From: Candidatus Micrarchaeota archaeon
Lineage (GTDB): Archaea; Micrarchaeota; Micrarchaeia; Anstonellales; JAHKLY01
Length of the DNA stretch: 64,000 nucleotides
Assembly: GCA_020854825.1 (NCBI GenBank)
Contig: JAHKLY010000001.1
Span: 186,844 to 250,843, forward strand
Direction of reading: 5' to 3'
The notes under the pieces were generated by a model. It searched no databases and was not told the DNA's origin. It was given only the letters and a program-made list of their open reading frames with translations. The position numbers and the translations under genes were made by a program. The stretch's first letter is position 1; each line of letters opens with the position of its first letter. Positions 17,560 to 27,875 of this stretch are shown here, one piece after another.

Positions 17560-17561
17560 TT

Positions 17562-20327
17562 TTAATTTGGGGTTAAATGGTTTATTATACTAAAAACATC
17601 AAAACCAACTCCAAAATCCCATTCTCCTAATTGGTTTAATCCAAGATTAATTGAAAGGGGCCCAGAACTAACCCCAAGATTCCCACTAAATGAACCTATT
17701 CTTTGTTTTATTCCTGTTTGTAGATTAATTCTAAATTTAAAAGAAGTAAAATTGTTACCAGTATTAAAATATAAATTAGTGTTTGCCACTAATGAATTAG
17801 TTCCAGTTGTTAAATCTAAATTACCATATGTATTTAAATTATGTGAGTGCATTAAAGATAAGTTATATTCATTACCTCCATACCAGGTTAATTTTAGTTC
17901 TGAATCATATGGCAAAGTAGTAGTTATATACGGGTCTAATCTAATTGCATACTCTTCCTCTACGTAATTAAATGTTGGACTAATTTCAATTCCAACTCCC
18001 AATTTAAGATCATCTTTGAAATTATATGATATATTTGTTTCTCCATAAACTCCTATTAATCTATTAGATATAGATTTGATATTTGAGAGTATTTTTTTAT
18101 CAGCAACATTAACATCTACTCTTAATGTTTTTGAACCTTTTAGAAGTTTTTCAGTGTCTAATACATTATAAGAACCAAATAATAAATTATTCATTTCAAA
18201 ATTTCCAATTCTTGGTGAAGATTCAATAAATATATATGGAGATATTCCAAAACTATGTTTAGAAATACTTAAATTTACTGCATTTATTGGATTATAATTT
18301 AAATCTAATTTATAAAAGGAAGTTCCAACATGTGCACTAAAATTTCTTCCGTAATTTAAATTTAAATTTAAAATTTCCCCAGTAACATTAATTCCTTTTG
18401 AAGAATAATCTACTGCACCTATTCCTCCTCTCCAAATACCTTTATCACCAAATAGTTCGTTCCTAGGAGCATATGTTTTAATTGAATATGCCATTGTTTG
18501 AGAAAATTCTCTTGCTATTTTATCAATTATTTCTTGTATATTTATATTTTCAAAAAAGCTTAACTTTTGTAATTTTGATATACTTTCTTTTCTTTCTAAT
18601 ATATCAAAAAGTAATTTAATTTCAGTTCCATCTGTTTTAATCCCATTTGGAAATAATTTATATAATTCTCCAAAAATTGCCTTTTCTTCACCCTCTTTTA
18701 AAACTGTCATAATTTTATCAAAATGAATTTCTCCTTTAAACGTTTTATTAGATAAAGAATTAATTATTAAATATTTATTTTTTAATATATCTGTCCATTC
18801 TAGTTCTGGTCCAAAATAGATATCAATACCTCCATTTTTTGAATATATATGTGTGCCTTTTCCTTCTTCACCCATTACTCTTTCTCCTTTGCCTGATTTT
18901 TGAATTGGTTTAGAGGATTCTATAAATAAATCTAAATTATTTATTTCAATCCCAAGGTAGGATATATTTAATATTCCATTTATGGTTATTTTTCTTAAAT
19001 TATCTTCTGTTTCTATGATTTCTCTACCTGCATTTTTTAAATTAATTGTAAATTCATTACCTTCTATTGGAAAAACAAGATCTAAATCTAAATTTCTTAT
19101 TTTTATATCTGGTGAATTGAATATATTTTTTATTTGAGTTAATGTATTTAATTCATTATTTTTTAATATTTCACTAATTAATGTTAATACTTCATCATTT
19201 TCTACTACATCCACATCAAAGCTTATCTTTCCCCTTCCACCATCACTTAAAATAATATTATTAGAAGATACTTTAATATACTCAGATATATCACTTCCTT
19301 CACCAGGAATTTCAGTAATAATTATATCTCCGAAAGATGTTTCGGATCTTAATTCTCCTTGTTCATCATAGAACCTATTCTGTTCCATATTAATATGGGC
19401 AGCAGCATTTGATATTTCAAAAGTTAAGTCTGAGTATATAATAAAAGTTCCAACCCCTTCAATTGTAAAAAATATTGTATCTCCTTCAGAAGGTTTAGGG
19501 ATAAAATGATTTATTGAATTATTATCATTATTAGTTATAGTTATTTTTAAACCCGTTTCCTCTTTTTTTATTTTTATTACATCTCCTTCTTTATGTAAAA
19601 TCAATTCATCATTACCTACATCAAAAATATGATTTTCTAAATTTAATCGCATTTCAATATTTAAAATACCTATCATTTCTTCCTCATTAAATAAACTATA
19701 CAGATCAAAAGTATTTAAAAAAGAATTACTTTCCTTAATTAAAGATGCCTCTTTATTTTGAGATATATATTGCCCCATAGATCTTTTTTCAACTGGTGTA
19801 TGGGTTTTATAATAGTCTCTTTTTGTATATGTTGATTCAGAAATGTTTATGTCTCTCTGTACTATAGTAGGGACATATTCTTCTAATTTAGAAGATTTTT
19901 GAAAAGTAGATATTCCCTGTTTCTTGTATTCCCCAAGTTCTTTTAATCCTTCATTTCCTTTTGAATATACAACTATAAATGCGTATTCTTTATCTTTAAT
20001 TGTTTCTAAACCTGCAACATAATCCAAAACACCATATTTTTTCATTGAATCATAAACACCCATAAATCTTGAATTAACATATGTTTTCATTCTTCTTTCC
20101 AATTCTTCTTTTAATTCAGGATGTTTTTCTAGATGTTCATTTGATAAATCTAAAAGTCCTGAATTTCCTCCACTTATCCATTCAAATCTTTCTCTATTAA
20201 TTATACTTCTATTCTCAATTGACCATTTTAACATAGTATCTTCAATCTCTTTTCTATTACCCATTATAGTATGTGCTGTGAGTTCTTCAAGTTCCTGATC
20301 TTTTAATTGTAACTGGGATATAAACAT
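17562..20327 (-). CDS. Large hypothetical protein (921 aa) with a beta-strand-rich C-terminal third
   Basis: Long uninterrupted ORF. No N-terminal signal peptide is visible. The last roughly 300 aa are G/N/S/Y/T-rich with alternating hydrophobic residues (for example LKLTWYGGNEYNLSLMHSHNL, FTSFKFRINLQTG). Confidence 0.7.
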   Translation of the reverse strand: MFISQLQLKDQELEELTAHTIMGNRKEIEDTMLKWSIENRSIINRERFEWISGGNSGLLDLSNEHLEKHPELKEELERRMKTYVNSRFMGVYDSMKKYGVLDYVAGLETIKDKEYAFIVVYSKGNEGLKELGEYKKQGISTFQKSSKLEEYVPTIVQRDINISESTYTKRDYYKTHTPVEKRSMGQYISQNKEASLIKESNSFLNTFDLYSLFNEEEMIGILNIEMRLNLENHIFDVGNDELILHKEGDVIKIKKEETGLKITITNNDNNSINHFIPKPSEGDTIFFTIEGVGTFIIYSDLTFEISNAAAHINMEQNRFYDEQGELRSETSFGDIIITEIPGEGSDISEYIKVSSNNIILSDGGRGKISFDVDVVENDEVLTLISEILKNNELNTLTQIKNIFNSPDIKIRNLDLDLVFPIEGNEFTINLKNAGREIIETEDNLRKITINGILNISYLGIEINNLDLFIESSKPIQKSGKGERVMGEEGKGTHIYSKNGGIDIYFGPELEWTDILKNKYLIINSLSNKTFKGEIHFDKIMTVLKEGEEKAIFGELYKLFPNGIKTDGTEIKLLFDILERKESISKLQKLSFFENINIQEIIDKIAREFSQTMAYSIKTYAPRNELFGDKGIWRGGIGAVDYSSKGINVTGEILNLNLNYGRNFSAHVGTSFYKLDLNYNPINAVNLSISKHSFGISPYIFIESSPRIGNFEMNNLLFGSYNVLDTEKLLKGSKTLRVDVNVADKKILSNIKSISNRLIGVYGETNISYNFKDDLKLGVGIEISPTFNYVEEEYAIRLDPYITTTLPYDSELKLTWYGGNEYNLSLMHSHNLNTYGNLDLTTGTNSLVANTNLYFNTGNNFTSFKFRINLQTGIKQRIGSFSGNLGVSSGPLSINLGLNQLGEWDFGVGFDVFSIINHLTPN

Positions 20328-20387
20328 AATTAAAAAAGGTAGTTTTACCTTTATAAATGTTCTTTATATTAAGGTTTAGGTGGTTAA

Positions 20388-20864
20388 ATGACTATTTTAT
20401 CAAAAAATGCAATCAAAGAATATATGAAAAAAGGTAAAATTAAATTTGAGCCAAATATCAAAGAATCTCAAATTGATAAATCATCAGTTGATTTAACATT
20501 AGATAGTATTTTTTGGGTGTTTAAAGATAAATATATTAATTCTAAAAAACCAATATGTTTAGATAATATAAGTTATACACAAGTTTTTAAAAAAGTGAAA
20601 AAAGATTTCATAATTTTAAAAAGTCAAGAAATGTGTTTAGGTATAACAAAAGAAAAAATACTCATTGATAAAGATATTGCAGGTAGATTAGAAGGTAGAA
20701 GTAGGTATGCACGTATGGGATTAACAGTTCATATTACAAGTTCTATCCACCATCCTGGGTCTAAAAATGCAATAGTATTAGAAATTGTGAACGTAGCACC
20801 CTTTCCTATAAAATTAAGTAAAGGTATGCATGTTTCACAAATAGTTTTTCATAAAGTAGAATGA
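20388..20864 (+). CDS. dcd: dCTP deaminase (dUTPase superfamily)
   Basis: SVDLTLD, GRLEGRSRYARMGL and AIVLEIVNVAPFPIKLSKGMHVSQIVF are the standard dCTP deaminase/dUTPase-fold motifs. Confidence 0.85.
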   Translation: MTILSKNAIKEYMKKGKIKFEPNIKESQIDKSSVDLTLDSIFWVFKDKYINSKKPICLDNISYTQVFKKVKKDFIILKSQEMCLGITKEKILIDKDIAGRLEGRSRYARMGLTVHITSSIHHPGSKNAIVLEIVNVAPFPIKLSKGMHVSQIVFHKVE

Positions 20865-20941
20865 CATTTTTAAGAAGTTAATCCTATTGTTTTATATGTT
20901 TTTCTTTTGAAATAAGAGTATTAAGGAATATTGGTTTTTAT

Positions 20942-21496
20942 ATGATTGAAATTAGAATACACGGTAGAGGAGGACAGGGAGCAGTAACTGCAGCTGAATT
21001 ATTAGCAATAGCAGTTGGCTTTAAAGGTAAATCTTCACAAAGTTTTCCTTATTTCGGAGTAGAAAGAAGAGGGGCTCCAGTTCAAGCATATTGTAGAATA
21101 GATGATAAACCTATAAGAGTGCATCAGAATGTTTATACTCCTGATTATATAGTTGTTTTAGATCCAACTTTAATCGATTCAATTGATGTTTGTGAAGGAT
21201 TAAAAAAAGAAGGGACAGTAATAGTGAATACACATTTATCTTCTGAACAATGCAAAAAAAAATTAAAATCTAAACAAGTTGGAGAAGTTTACACAGTTGA
21301 TGCAACATCAATTGCATTAGAAAAAATTGGTAAACCAATTGTAAATACTGCTATGTTAGGCGCATTTGTTAATTTAGTAGACTGGGTTGATTCTCAATGT
21401 TTAGAAAAAGCAGTCAATGAATTTTTTGATGATAAAAATATGGCAGATAAAAATATAGCTGCCTTTAAAGGTTGTTGTGAAATAGTTAAGGTGTAA
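20942..21496 (+). CDS. porG: Pyruvate/2-oxoacid:ferredoxin oxidoreductase, gamma subunit
   Basis: IRIHGRGGQGAVTAAELLA...ERRGAPV is the gamma-subunit signature. First gene of the porGDAB order. Confidence 0.9.
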   Translation: MIEIRIHGRGGQGAVTAAELLAIAVGFKGKSSQSFPYFGVERRGAPVQAYCRIDDKPIRVHQNVYTPDYIVVLDPTLIDSIDVCEGLKKEGTVIVNTHLSSEQCKKKLKSKQVGEVYTVDATSIALEKIGKPIVNTAMLGAFVNLVDWVDSQCLEKAVNEFFDDKNMADKNIAAFKGCCEIVKV

Positions 21497-21498
21497 AA

Positions 21499-21786
21499 AT
21501 GGCGCAAAAAAAAGACAAAACAAAAGAAATAAAGGTCCCAAAAGTTCCTCATTCAAAATGTGATACTGCTAAAGAAAATAAAACAGGATCATGGAGAGAT
21601 CAAAGACCTTCGATAGATTTATCAAAGTGTATTAAATGCGCACAATGCGCATTACATTGCCCAGATGGCGCTATTGAAGTAGATGAAACTGGTGCGCATA
21701 TAAATTATGATTATTGTAAAGGATGTTTGATTTGTGAAAGAATCTGTCCTGTTAAATGTATAACACACAAAAAAGAGGAAAAATAA
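21499..21786 (+). CDS. porD: Pyruvate:ferredoxin oxidoreductase, delta subunit (2x[4Fe-4S])
   Basis: Two cluster motifs: CIKCAQCALHCP and CKGCLICERICP. Confidence 0.9.
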   Translation: MAQKKDKTKEIKVPKVPHSKCDTAKENKTGSWRDQRPSIDLSKCIKCAQCALHCPDGAIEVDETGAHINYDYCKGCLICERICPVKCITHKKEEK

Positions 21787-21800
21787 AGAGGTAGAATTAA

Positions 21801-22049
21801 ATGAAGATAACAGATAAAAAATTATTATATATTGGATTAATCCCAGTAGTATTTTTGCTTCTTGCCACAATATTAGTCTTAATAGCTATATTTTCTCCAT
21901 TATTTGGATTACAAGAAAATGAGTTTATTTTAATATTAACTCCAATTTCATTTTTATTAATGTTGGGAGGAACAATTACCTCTCCATTATTTATAATTGT
22001 ATTAATAAGAATATATGATCATTTTAAAAATAAAAGTAAAGGTAGATAA
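21801..22049 (+). CDS. Small two-TM membrane protein inserted between porD and porA
   Basis: 82-aa ORF with two clear hydrophobic helices. Its stop lies 1 nt before the porA ATG. No family recognised. Confidence 0.5.
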   Translation: MKITDKKLLYIGLIPVVFLLLATILVLIAIFSPLFGLQENEFILILTPISFLLMLGGTITSPLFIIVLIRIYDHFKNKSKGR

Positions 22050-22050
22050 A

Positions 22051-23187
22051 ATGGTAAAAACATTAGAAGGAAGTCATGCGATTGCAGATATGATAGTTAA
22101 TTGTGAAGCAGATGTATTAGCTTGCTATCCAATAACTCCATCTACACATATTGCTGAAAAATTACAAAAATATTATGCAGATGGTAAAATACCAGAGTAT
22201 ATAACAGTAGAACAAGAATTTTCAGCAATTTCAGCATTAGCAGGCGCAAGCGCAACAGGTGCGAGAACATTTACAACTACTTCATCACAAGGTGTAGCAT
22301 TAATGCATGAAGTTTTATATGCAGTAGCGGGAATGAGATTGCCAATTGTTATGTGTGTTGCAAATAGATCATTAAATTCTCCTTTAGGAATTTGGTGTGA
22401 TCATCAAGACATAATACCAGAAAGAGATTCAGGATGGATAATTTTAATGTGTGAAAGTAATCAAGAAGCAGTTGATACATTACCTCAAGCATATAAATTA
22501 GCAGAATCTTTATTATTACCAGTAATGGTTTGTATTGATGGATTTTATTTAACTCATGCAGTTGAACAGATAGATGTTCCATCAAAAGAGATTGTTCAAA
22601 AGTTTTTACCAAAATTCAAACCAGAATTTAAATTAGATACAAATAATCCAATTACATTAGGAATTTATTCAACTCCACAATATTTACAAGATTTTAGAGA
22701 AGATCTTGCTAATGATGTTGATAATGCAAGAGAGCCAATTAAAAAAACAGAAGAAGAATTTAGTAAGATAATTAATAGAAATTATGGGAATGGATTAATT
22801 GAAAATTATAAATGCGATGATGCTGAAAGAATTATTATTGCAATGAGTTCATTTTGTGGAAATGTAAAAGAAGCAATTGATGAACTAAGAGATAAAGGTG
22901 AAAAAGTTGGTTTATTAAGAATTAAATCCTATAGGCCATTTCCATATAAAGATGTTCAAGAAATATTAAAAAATAAAAAACATGTTGGAGTATTTGACAG
23001 AGCAACAACATTAGGAGGACATCCTCCATTGTATACAGATGTATTAGCAGCTATTTATGATTCAGATCAAAAAGTTCCTATTTCTTCATTTATTGGAGGA
23101 TTAGGAGGAAAAGATGTAACAGTTGAAACAGCTAAAAATATATTTGAAGATTTAAAAGAAAATAAAATAAAAAGGAAATTTGTTTAA
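22051..23187 (+). CDS. porA: Pyruvate:ferredoxin oxidoreductase, alpha subunit
   Basis: MVKTLEGSHAIADMIVNCEADVLACYPITPSTHI is the canonical alpha N-terminus. Start set at ATG 22051; the track start at 22015 overlaps the previous ORF. Confidence 0.9.
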   Translation: MVKTLEGSHAIADMIVNCEADVLACYPITPSTHIAEKLQKYYADGKIPEYITVEQEFSAISALAGASATGARTFTTTSSQGVALMHEVLYAVAGMRLPIVMCVANRSLNSPLGIWCDHQDIIPERDSGWIILMCESNQEAVDTLPQAYKLAESLLLPVMVCIDGFYLTHAVEQIDVPSKEIVQKFLPKFKPEFKLDTNNPITLGIYSTPQYLQDFREDLANDVDNAREPIKKTEEEFSKIINRNYGNGLIENYKCDDAERIIIAMSSFCGNVKEAIDELRDKGEKVGLLRIKSYRPFPYKDVQEILKNKKHVGVFDRATTLGGHPPLYTDVLAAIYDSDQKVPISSFIGGLGGKDVTVETAKNIFEDLKENKIKRKFV

Positions 23188-23196
23188 GGTGAAAAA

Positions 23197-24066
23197 ATGG
23201 TAGTATTTAAAAGAGAAGACGATATTTTTACATCAGGACATACTGCTTGTGCAGGATGCGGTGCAGCTTTAGCTATTAGAACAATAATGCGTGCAATAGG
23301 TAAAGACTGTATAGTTGTTAATACAACATCATGTTCTGAAATATTCTCAGTATGTTTTCCAAGAAGTGCATGGAAAGTTCCTTATATTCATGTTACTTTT
23401 GAAAATGGAGCTTCAGTAGCTTCAGGTGTTTCAAGAGCATTAAAAGCCCAAGGAAATGATCATACAAAAGTTGTTGTTATTGCAGGAGATGGCGGAACAG
23501 CAGATATTGGATTTGGAGCAGTATCAGGTTCATGGGAAAGAAACGAAGATATCCTATATATTATGTATAATAATGGTGCTTATGAGAATACGGGCATACA
23601 AAGAAGTTCACAAACACCCCAATATGCATGGTCAACTACCTCACAAATAGGAGAAGAAGTTAGAGGAAAACAAGAACCAATAAAACCTATGGTTAAAATC
23701 GCAGCAGCACACGGAATTCCCTATGCTGCATCAGCAAGCACAGGATATTTAATTGATTTAGAAAATAAAGTTAAAAAAGCACTTAATATTAAAGGCTCAA
23801 GATTTATTGATGTTTTATCTCCTTGTGTTCCAGGTTGGAAATATGATCCTCAATTAACAGTTGAATTAGCTAAACTAGCTGTTGAAACAGGATTATGGAA
23901 ATTAAATGAAATAGAAAATGGAGATATTAATAACGAAAAAATTACAGTACAACCTTCTTTTAAACCAGTTGAAGAGTATTTAAAATTACAAGGCAGATTC
24001 AAACATTTAACTCCTGATGAAATCAAAATAATCCAAGCGCGTGTAAATAAAGATTGGGGAAGATAA
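23197..24066 (+). CDS. porB: Pyruvate:ferredoxin oxidoreductase, beta subunit (TPP-binding)
   Basis: GHTACAGCG, and GDGGTADIGFG...NNGAYENTG, which is the TPP-binding motif. Confidence 0.9.
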   Translation: MVVFKREDDIFTSGHTACAGCGAALAIRTIMRAIGKDCIVVNTTSCSEIFSVCFPRSAWKVPYIHVTFENGASVASGVSRALKAQGNDHTKVVVIAGDGGTADIGFGAVSGSWERNEDILYIMYNNGAYENTGIQRSSQTPQYAWSTTSQIGEEVRGKQEPIKPMVKIAAAHGIPYAASASTGYLIDLENKVKKALNIKGSRFIDVLSPCVPGWKYDPQLTVELAKLAVETGLWKLNEIENGDINNEKITVQPSFKPVEEYLKLQGRFKHLTPDEIKIIQARVNKDWGR

Positions 24067-24073
24067 GTAGTTA

Positions 24074-24517
24074 TTATTTTAATTTGAATTCAGAATTTAA
24101 TAGTATATCTTGGAAATTATTTCTTAGGTGGGATTTTATAGTATCAGGGACTTTAATTGTTCCATTTTTTCTAAATTGTTCTGTCCACATATCTAAAAAA
24201 TTCATTGATTGTTCAATTCTTTGATCCCATTCTTCTCTTGGAATGTCAAAAAATATAAATATAGATTTTGTAATTTTCTTTAATTCTTCTAATCGTTCTT
24301 CTGTTGAATCTAATGAAAATATTTTACAAAAGGCGTCAATATTTATTTTAGGTAAGTCTTCTTCAGTAATTAATTTACAATATTCAAACTTAGTATTTGT
24401 TTTTAATTCACCAACAATTGAAGAACTAATTTGCGTTTCGTGTTGTATAACTTTCACTACAAATTCTTTTCTACCTATTTGTATTGCATCATAAGTTATT
24501 TTATAGTTACTACACAT
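24074..24517 (-). CDS. Hypothetical protein (147 aa)
   Basis: Clean ORF filling the gap between porB and infB. No motif recognised. Confidence 0.45.
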   Translation of the reverse strand: MCSNYKITYDAIQIGRKEFVVKVIQHETQISSSIVGELKTNTKFEYCKLITEEDLPKINIDAFCKIFSLDSTEERLEELKKITKSIFIFFDIPREEWDQRIEQSMNFLDMWTEQFRKNGTIKVPDTIKSHLRNNFQDILLNSEFKLK

Positions 24518-24593
24518 AAATATATTAGTACTAACAATTGTTTATAAATGTTTCTTTTAACATTTAAAATCTTTTCAAAAAGTAAAAGATAGT

Positions 24594-26348
24594 TTAAAAT
24601 ATTTTCATAACAGTTAGATCAGTTATTTCTTTTAAAAGTTTTTTTTCATCTTCTGTTAAATCATCCGAAAAATTCGTTTTTATTATACGTGCTGTTTCTC
24701 TATTTATGTTAGTATATAAAATATCTTCTTCATTAAAGTCTTTCCCTGCAATTGGTTTTTCCATTGAAACAGCAACTTGCATTCCTTTTAAAGCTTCTTT
24801 AACACTTTCTCCTTTGTTTTGTATTGCTTTTATTTCTCCTAATAATTCTCCTTTAGAGTTTATTATTTTAAATCCTGTTTTTATTTTTCCTCCTAAAATT
24901 TCCACACCAAAAACCGCAGGTTTACTAACTCTGAAAATATGATTTCTTAAAATTTGTATTTTAGCTGGCCAAATTAATCCTTTCATTACTAGTTCTTTAT
25001 CTCTTTGTTTTTCTTTTTCAACCCAGTCTTTATATTTATCGATTAAATCATAAACTATATTACTTTCAAAAATAATTATTTCATCTTCTTTTGCATATTC
25101 TTTTGCATCTTCATTTATTGAAACATTAAATCCTAAAACAGCTCCTAAATATTTATCCATATTTTTCACAGCTTTTGCTCCTATTATATCAGTTTTTGTT
25201 ATTTTGCCTATTCCTGCTTGTTTTATATTTATGTTTTCTCCTTTTAACATTTTTATTAAAGCTTCTGTTGAACCTAAAGTATCAGTTTTAACTATTACTC
25301 CTGCACCTTCTGATTCAAATAAAACTTTTTTTAATTGTTCTTCAATTTCTTTTGTTTGTTTTTCTTCATTTTCAAGTATCAAGAAAGGAGATCCAGGTAT
25401 TGCATCTTCTAAATCTGGTGCAAATATTTTAAATCCAGATGCAGCGTGAACTTCGTCAACATAAATAAATTTGTCTTTAATATTTTGTCCTGGCAAAGTT
25501 GGTTTTAGAATTCCCCTTATTTTTGTTTTTTTAACTCCTTTTAATGTCCCAAATAAAAAATCATCTCCTTTTTTTACTGTTCCGTCGTATATTATTACAT
25601 CAATAGTTGTTCCTAATCCTTTTTCTTCTTTAACTTCTAAGATTGAGCCTTTACCTTTTCCTTTAACTTCAATGTTTAAGTTTTTTTCCAAGTATTTCTG
25701 GCTTATGCCTGAAATGTATAATAATAATTCTGCTAATCCTTCTCCTGTTTTGGCGCTCATGGGAACTATTAATATTTGTTTTGTCATTTCTTGTATTCTG
25801 TCAAATCTTTCAGTATCAAATCCATACTCATACATTTTTCCGACTACTTCATAAATTTTATTATCTAATAGTTCTTTTGTATATTCTGATTGCTGTTTTA
25901 AACTGTCCATAAAACAAAAACTAGTTTTAGAAGTCCATCCTTGTAATAAATCTATCTTATTTGCTGCTATTATAAAAGGAGTTTTATTTTGTTTTAATAT
26001 TTTTATACTTTCAATTGTTTGTGGCTGTATTCCTTGATTAATATCAATAACTAGGACAGCTAAATCCGCTAAACTTCCCCCACGTTCTCTTAAAGATGTA
26101 AAAGCTTCATGTCCTGGTGTGTCTATGAATAAAATTCCAGGTAATTTAATTTCTAAGTTCATTTTTTCTAATTGATTTTTACAAATAGTTAATAAAACTT
26201 CTTTTGGGACTTCACTTGCAGATGTATGTTGTGTGATCGCGCCAGCTTCTTTTGAAGCTACTACTGTATTTCTAATTTTATCCAAAATAGAAGTTTTTCC
26301 ATGATCTACATGACCCACGAATACACAGATACTTTGTCTTAATGCCAT
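24594..26348 (-). CDS. infB: Translation initiation factor aIF5B (IF-2)
   Basis: [28 protein letters not shown] and NKIDL. Length and domain order are typical of aIF5B. Confidence 0.95.
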   Translation of the reverse strand: MALRQSICVFVGHVDHGKTSILDKIRNTVVASKEAGAITQHTSASEVPKEVLLTICKNQLEKMNLEIKLPGILFIDTPGHEAFTSLRERGGSLADLAVLVIDINQGIQPQTIESIKILKQNKTPFIIAANKIDLLQGWTSKTSFCFMDSLKQQSEYTKELLDNKIYEVVGKMYEYGFDTERFDRIQEMTKQILIVPMSAKTGEGLAELLLYISGISQKYLEKNLNIEVKGKGKGSILEVKEEKGLGTTIDVIIYDGTVKKGDDFLFGTLKGVKKTKIRGILKPTLPGQNIKDKFIYVDEVHAASGFKIFAPDLEDAIPGSPFLILENEEKQTKEIEEQLKKVLFESEGAGVIVKTDTLGSTEALIKMLKGENINIKQAGIGKITKTDIIGAKAVKNMDKYLGAVLGFNVSINEDAKEYAKEDEIIIFESNIVYDLIDKYKDWVEKEKQRDKELVMKGLIWPAKIQILRNHIFRVSKPAVFGVEILGGKIKTGFKIINSKGELLGEIKAIQNKGESVKEALKGMQVAVSMEKPIAGKDFNEEDILYTNINRETARIIKTNFSDDLTEDEKKLLKEITDLTVMKIF

Positions 26349-26527
26349 TTTAATTACCTGAATTACTCATTAATAATAGTCATTAATTAATAAATTTTAT
26401 ATTAAAGTTTTAATATCAAAGAATATTTAAGCATTAGTCTTTGAATTTAAGTACTATATGAGTTTTTAATACTCTTAATGCATAATTTCTTGAATTAACG
26501 ATTTTTTATTTATGTGTTTTTATCCGT

Positions 26528-27778
26528 TTAAATTATTGAATAGAAAATATGGAAAGGCATTTTTATTATATCTTCTTTTTTGATTATGTCTACTCCTTCA
26601 TATATGATTATTTTATATAATTTGGTATTTATTTCTTTAAATTGTTTAAATGTTTTATTTTTTGAACCAATTTCAATAAGATATTCGTCAAAAACAAAAT
26701 CAATAGTTTCATGATAGAATATTTTTTCAAAATTAGCTACAAATATATCTTCTCTCATAGTTCCTTTTAGTTCAGATTCTGGTATTGACATTTTTTTTGT
26801 ATATAATTCACGTATTATAGGTATTGTAAAATAATATTTCCATTGTTTTCTTGCTACTGTTTTTCCTTTTTTATAAGGATAAACACGTTTTATTATTTCA
26901 ACTTTTTCTAACAAATCTAACATTTCAGAGACAACACTTTTTGATATTCCTAAATCTTTTGCTATTGTTTCGTAACTGGTTTTTGTAGATACAGAAAGGA
27001 TCAAAATAAGTCGTTCAAATTTAGATAAAGTTGAAGTTTCAATATTTCTAATTTTTGCAATATCTGAAAAAATTGCTTTTTCTACAAGATCTGCTAATGT
27101 TGATTTATCATTTTCAAGAAGGTATGGAGAATTAGTTTGTATATATTCATTAATAAGTTTTAATATATCCCATTCTTTAAGTTTATTTTGGATATAAATA
27201 TCATAATGCATTGAGCTTCTTAATAGGTCTTCTGTATTTAATTTGAATTTATCCAGTAATATGTTATATTTTAAATATATAAATTCTCTAAAACTTAACA
27301 TAGGTATTGATATGTAGATTGCTCTTCGTGCTAATAATTTTTTTGATTCTAAAAGATTAATTGAAGAAGAGCCACTTATATAAAATAACATTTTAGGATA
27401 TTTATCATATGCTATTTTTATTTGTTCATCCCAATTAGAAATAGCATTTATTTCATCTAAAAAAATTACTGCATTTTGACCTATAATTCTTTCTGTTTCT
27501 TTTATCGCATCTAAGATATTTATTCTTAAAATAGATAGTTCTTCTCCGTGCAAATATATTCTATTATCTTCATTTGTTTCAAGATATTTTTGGAACATTA
27601 AAGTTGTTTTTCCACTTCCTCTCATACCATATAAAATAATCATTCTTCCCTTGAGTTCATTATATATAAACCGTTTTTTATATTCTTTGTATGATTGGCT
27701 TGTTTTTTCATATTCTAATTTAGAATTTCTAATGAATTGTGTAATATTTGGTTTTTCCATATAATTAGTTTGATTCAT
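26528..27778 (-). CDS. AAA+ ATPase of the AAA_14/DUF4143 type (second paralogue)
   Basis: Walker A is LYGMRGSGKTTL and Walker B is IFLDEINAISNWDEQ. A wHTH-like stretch SYETIAKDLGISKSVVSEMLDLLEKVEIIKRV is present. Start trimmed to ATG 27778 (or 27760) because the track N-terminus is translated from the upstream repeats. Confidence 0.75.
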   Translation of the reverse strand: MNQTNYMEKPNITQFIRNSKLEYEKTSQSYKEYKKRFIYNELKGRMIILYGMRGSGKTTLMFQKYLETNEDNRIYLHGEELSILRINILDAIKETERIIGQNAVIFLDEINAISNWDEQIKIAYDKYPKMLFYISGSSSINLLESKKLLARRAIYISIPMLSFREFIYLKYNILLDKFKLNTEDLLRSSMHYDIYIQNKLKEWDILKLINEYIQTNSPYLLENDKSTLADLVEKAIFSDIAKIRNIETSTLSKFERLILILSVSTKTSYETIAKDLGISKSVVSEMLDLLEKVEIIKRVYPYKKGKTVARKQWKYYFTIPIIRELYTKKMSIPESELKGTMREDIFVANFEKIFYHETIDFVFDEYLIEIGSKNKTFKQFKEINTKLYKIIIYEGVDIIKKEDIIKMPFHIFYSII

Positions 27779-27793
27779 TAGGTATTTAAATGT

Positions 27794-27845
27794 TTGTTCT
27801 TTTGAACGAACAAAAGTAGTTGTTTTTGTTCTTTTGAACGAACAA
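27794..27845. repeat. 52-bp unit containing two 20-bp palindromic boxes TTGTTCTTTTGAACGAACAA (copy 1)
   Basis: Boxes at 27794-27813 and 27826-27845. The whole unit repeats at 27876-27927 with 1 mismatch. Lies directly upstream of the ATPase gene. Confidence 0.85.
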
Positions 27846-27875
27846 TTAATCAAAAAATAGATAAAATAAACTTAT

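Noticed and set aside
27779-27853. N-terminal extension of the second AAA ATPase ORF (MINCSFKRTKTTTFVRSKEQTFKYL)
   Set aside because: It is translated from the palindromic repeat boxes. The paralogue at 3881 has no such extension, and internal ATGs at 27778 and 27760 give a normal N-terminus.
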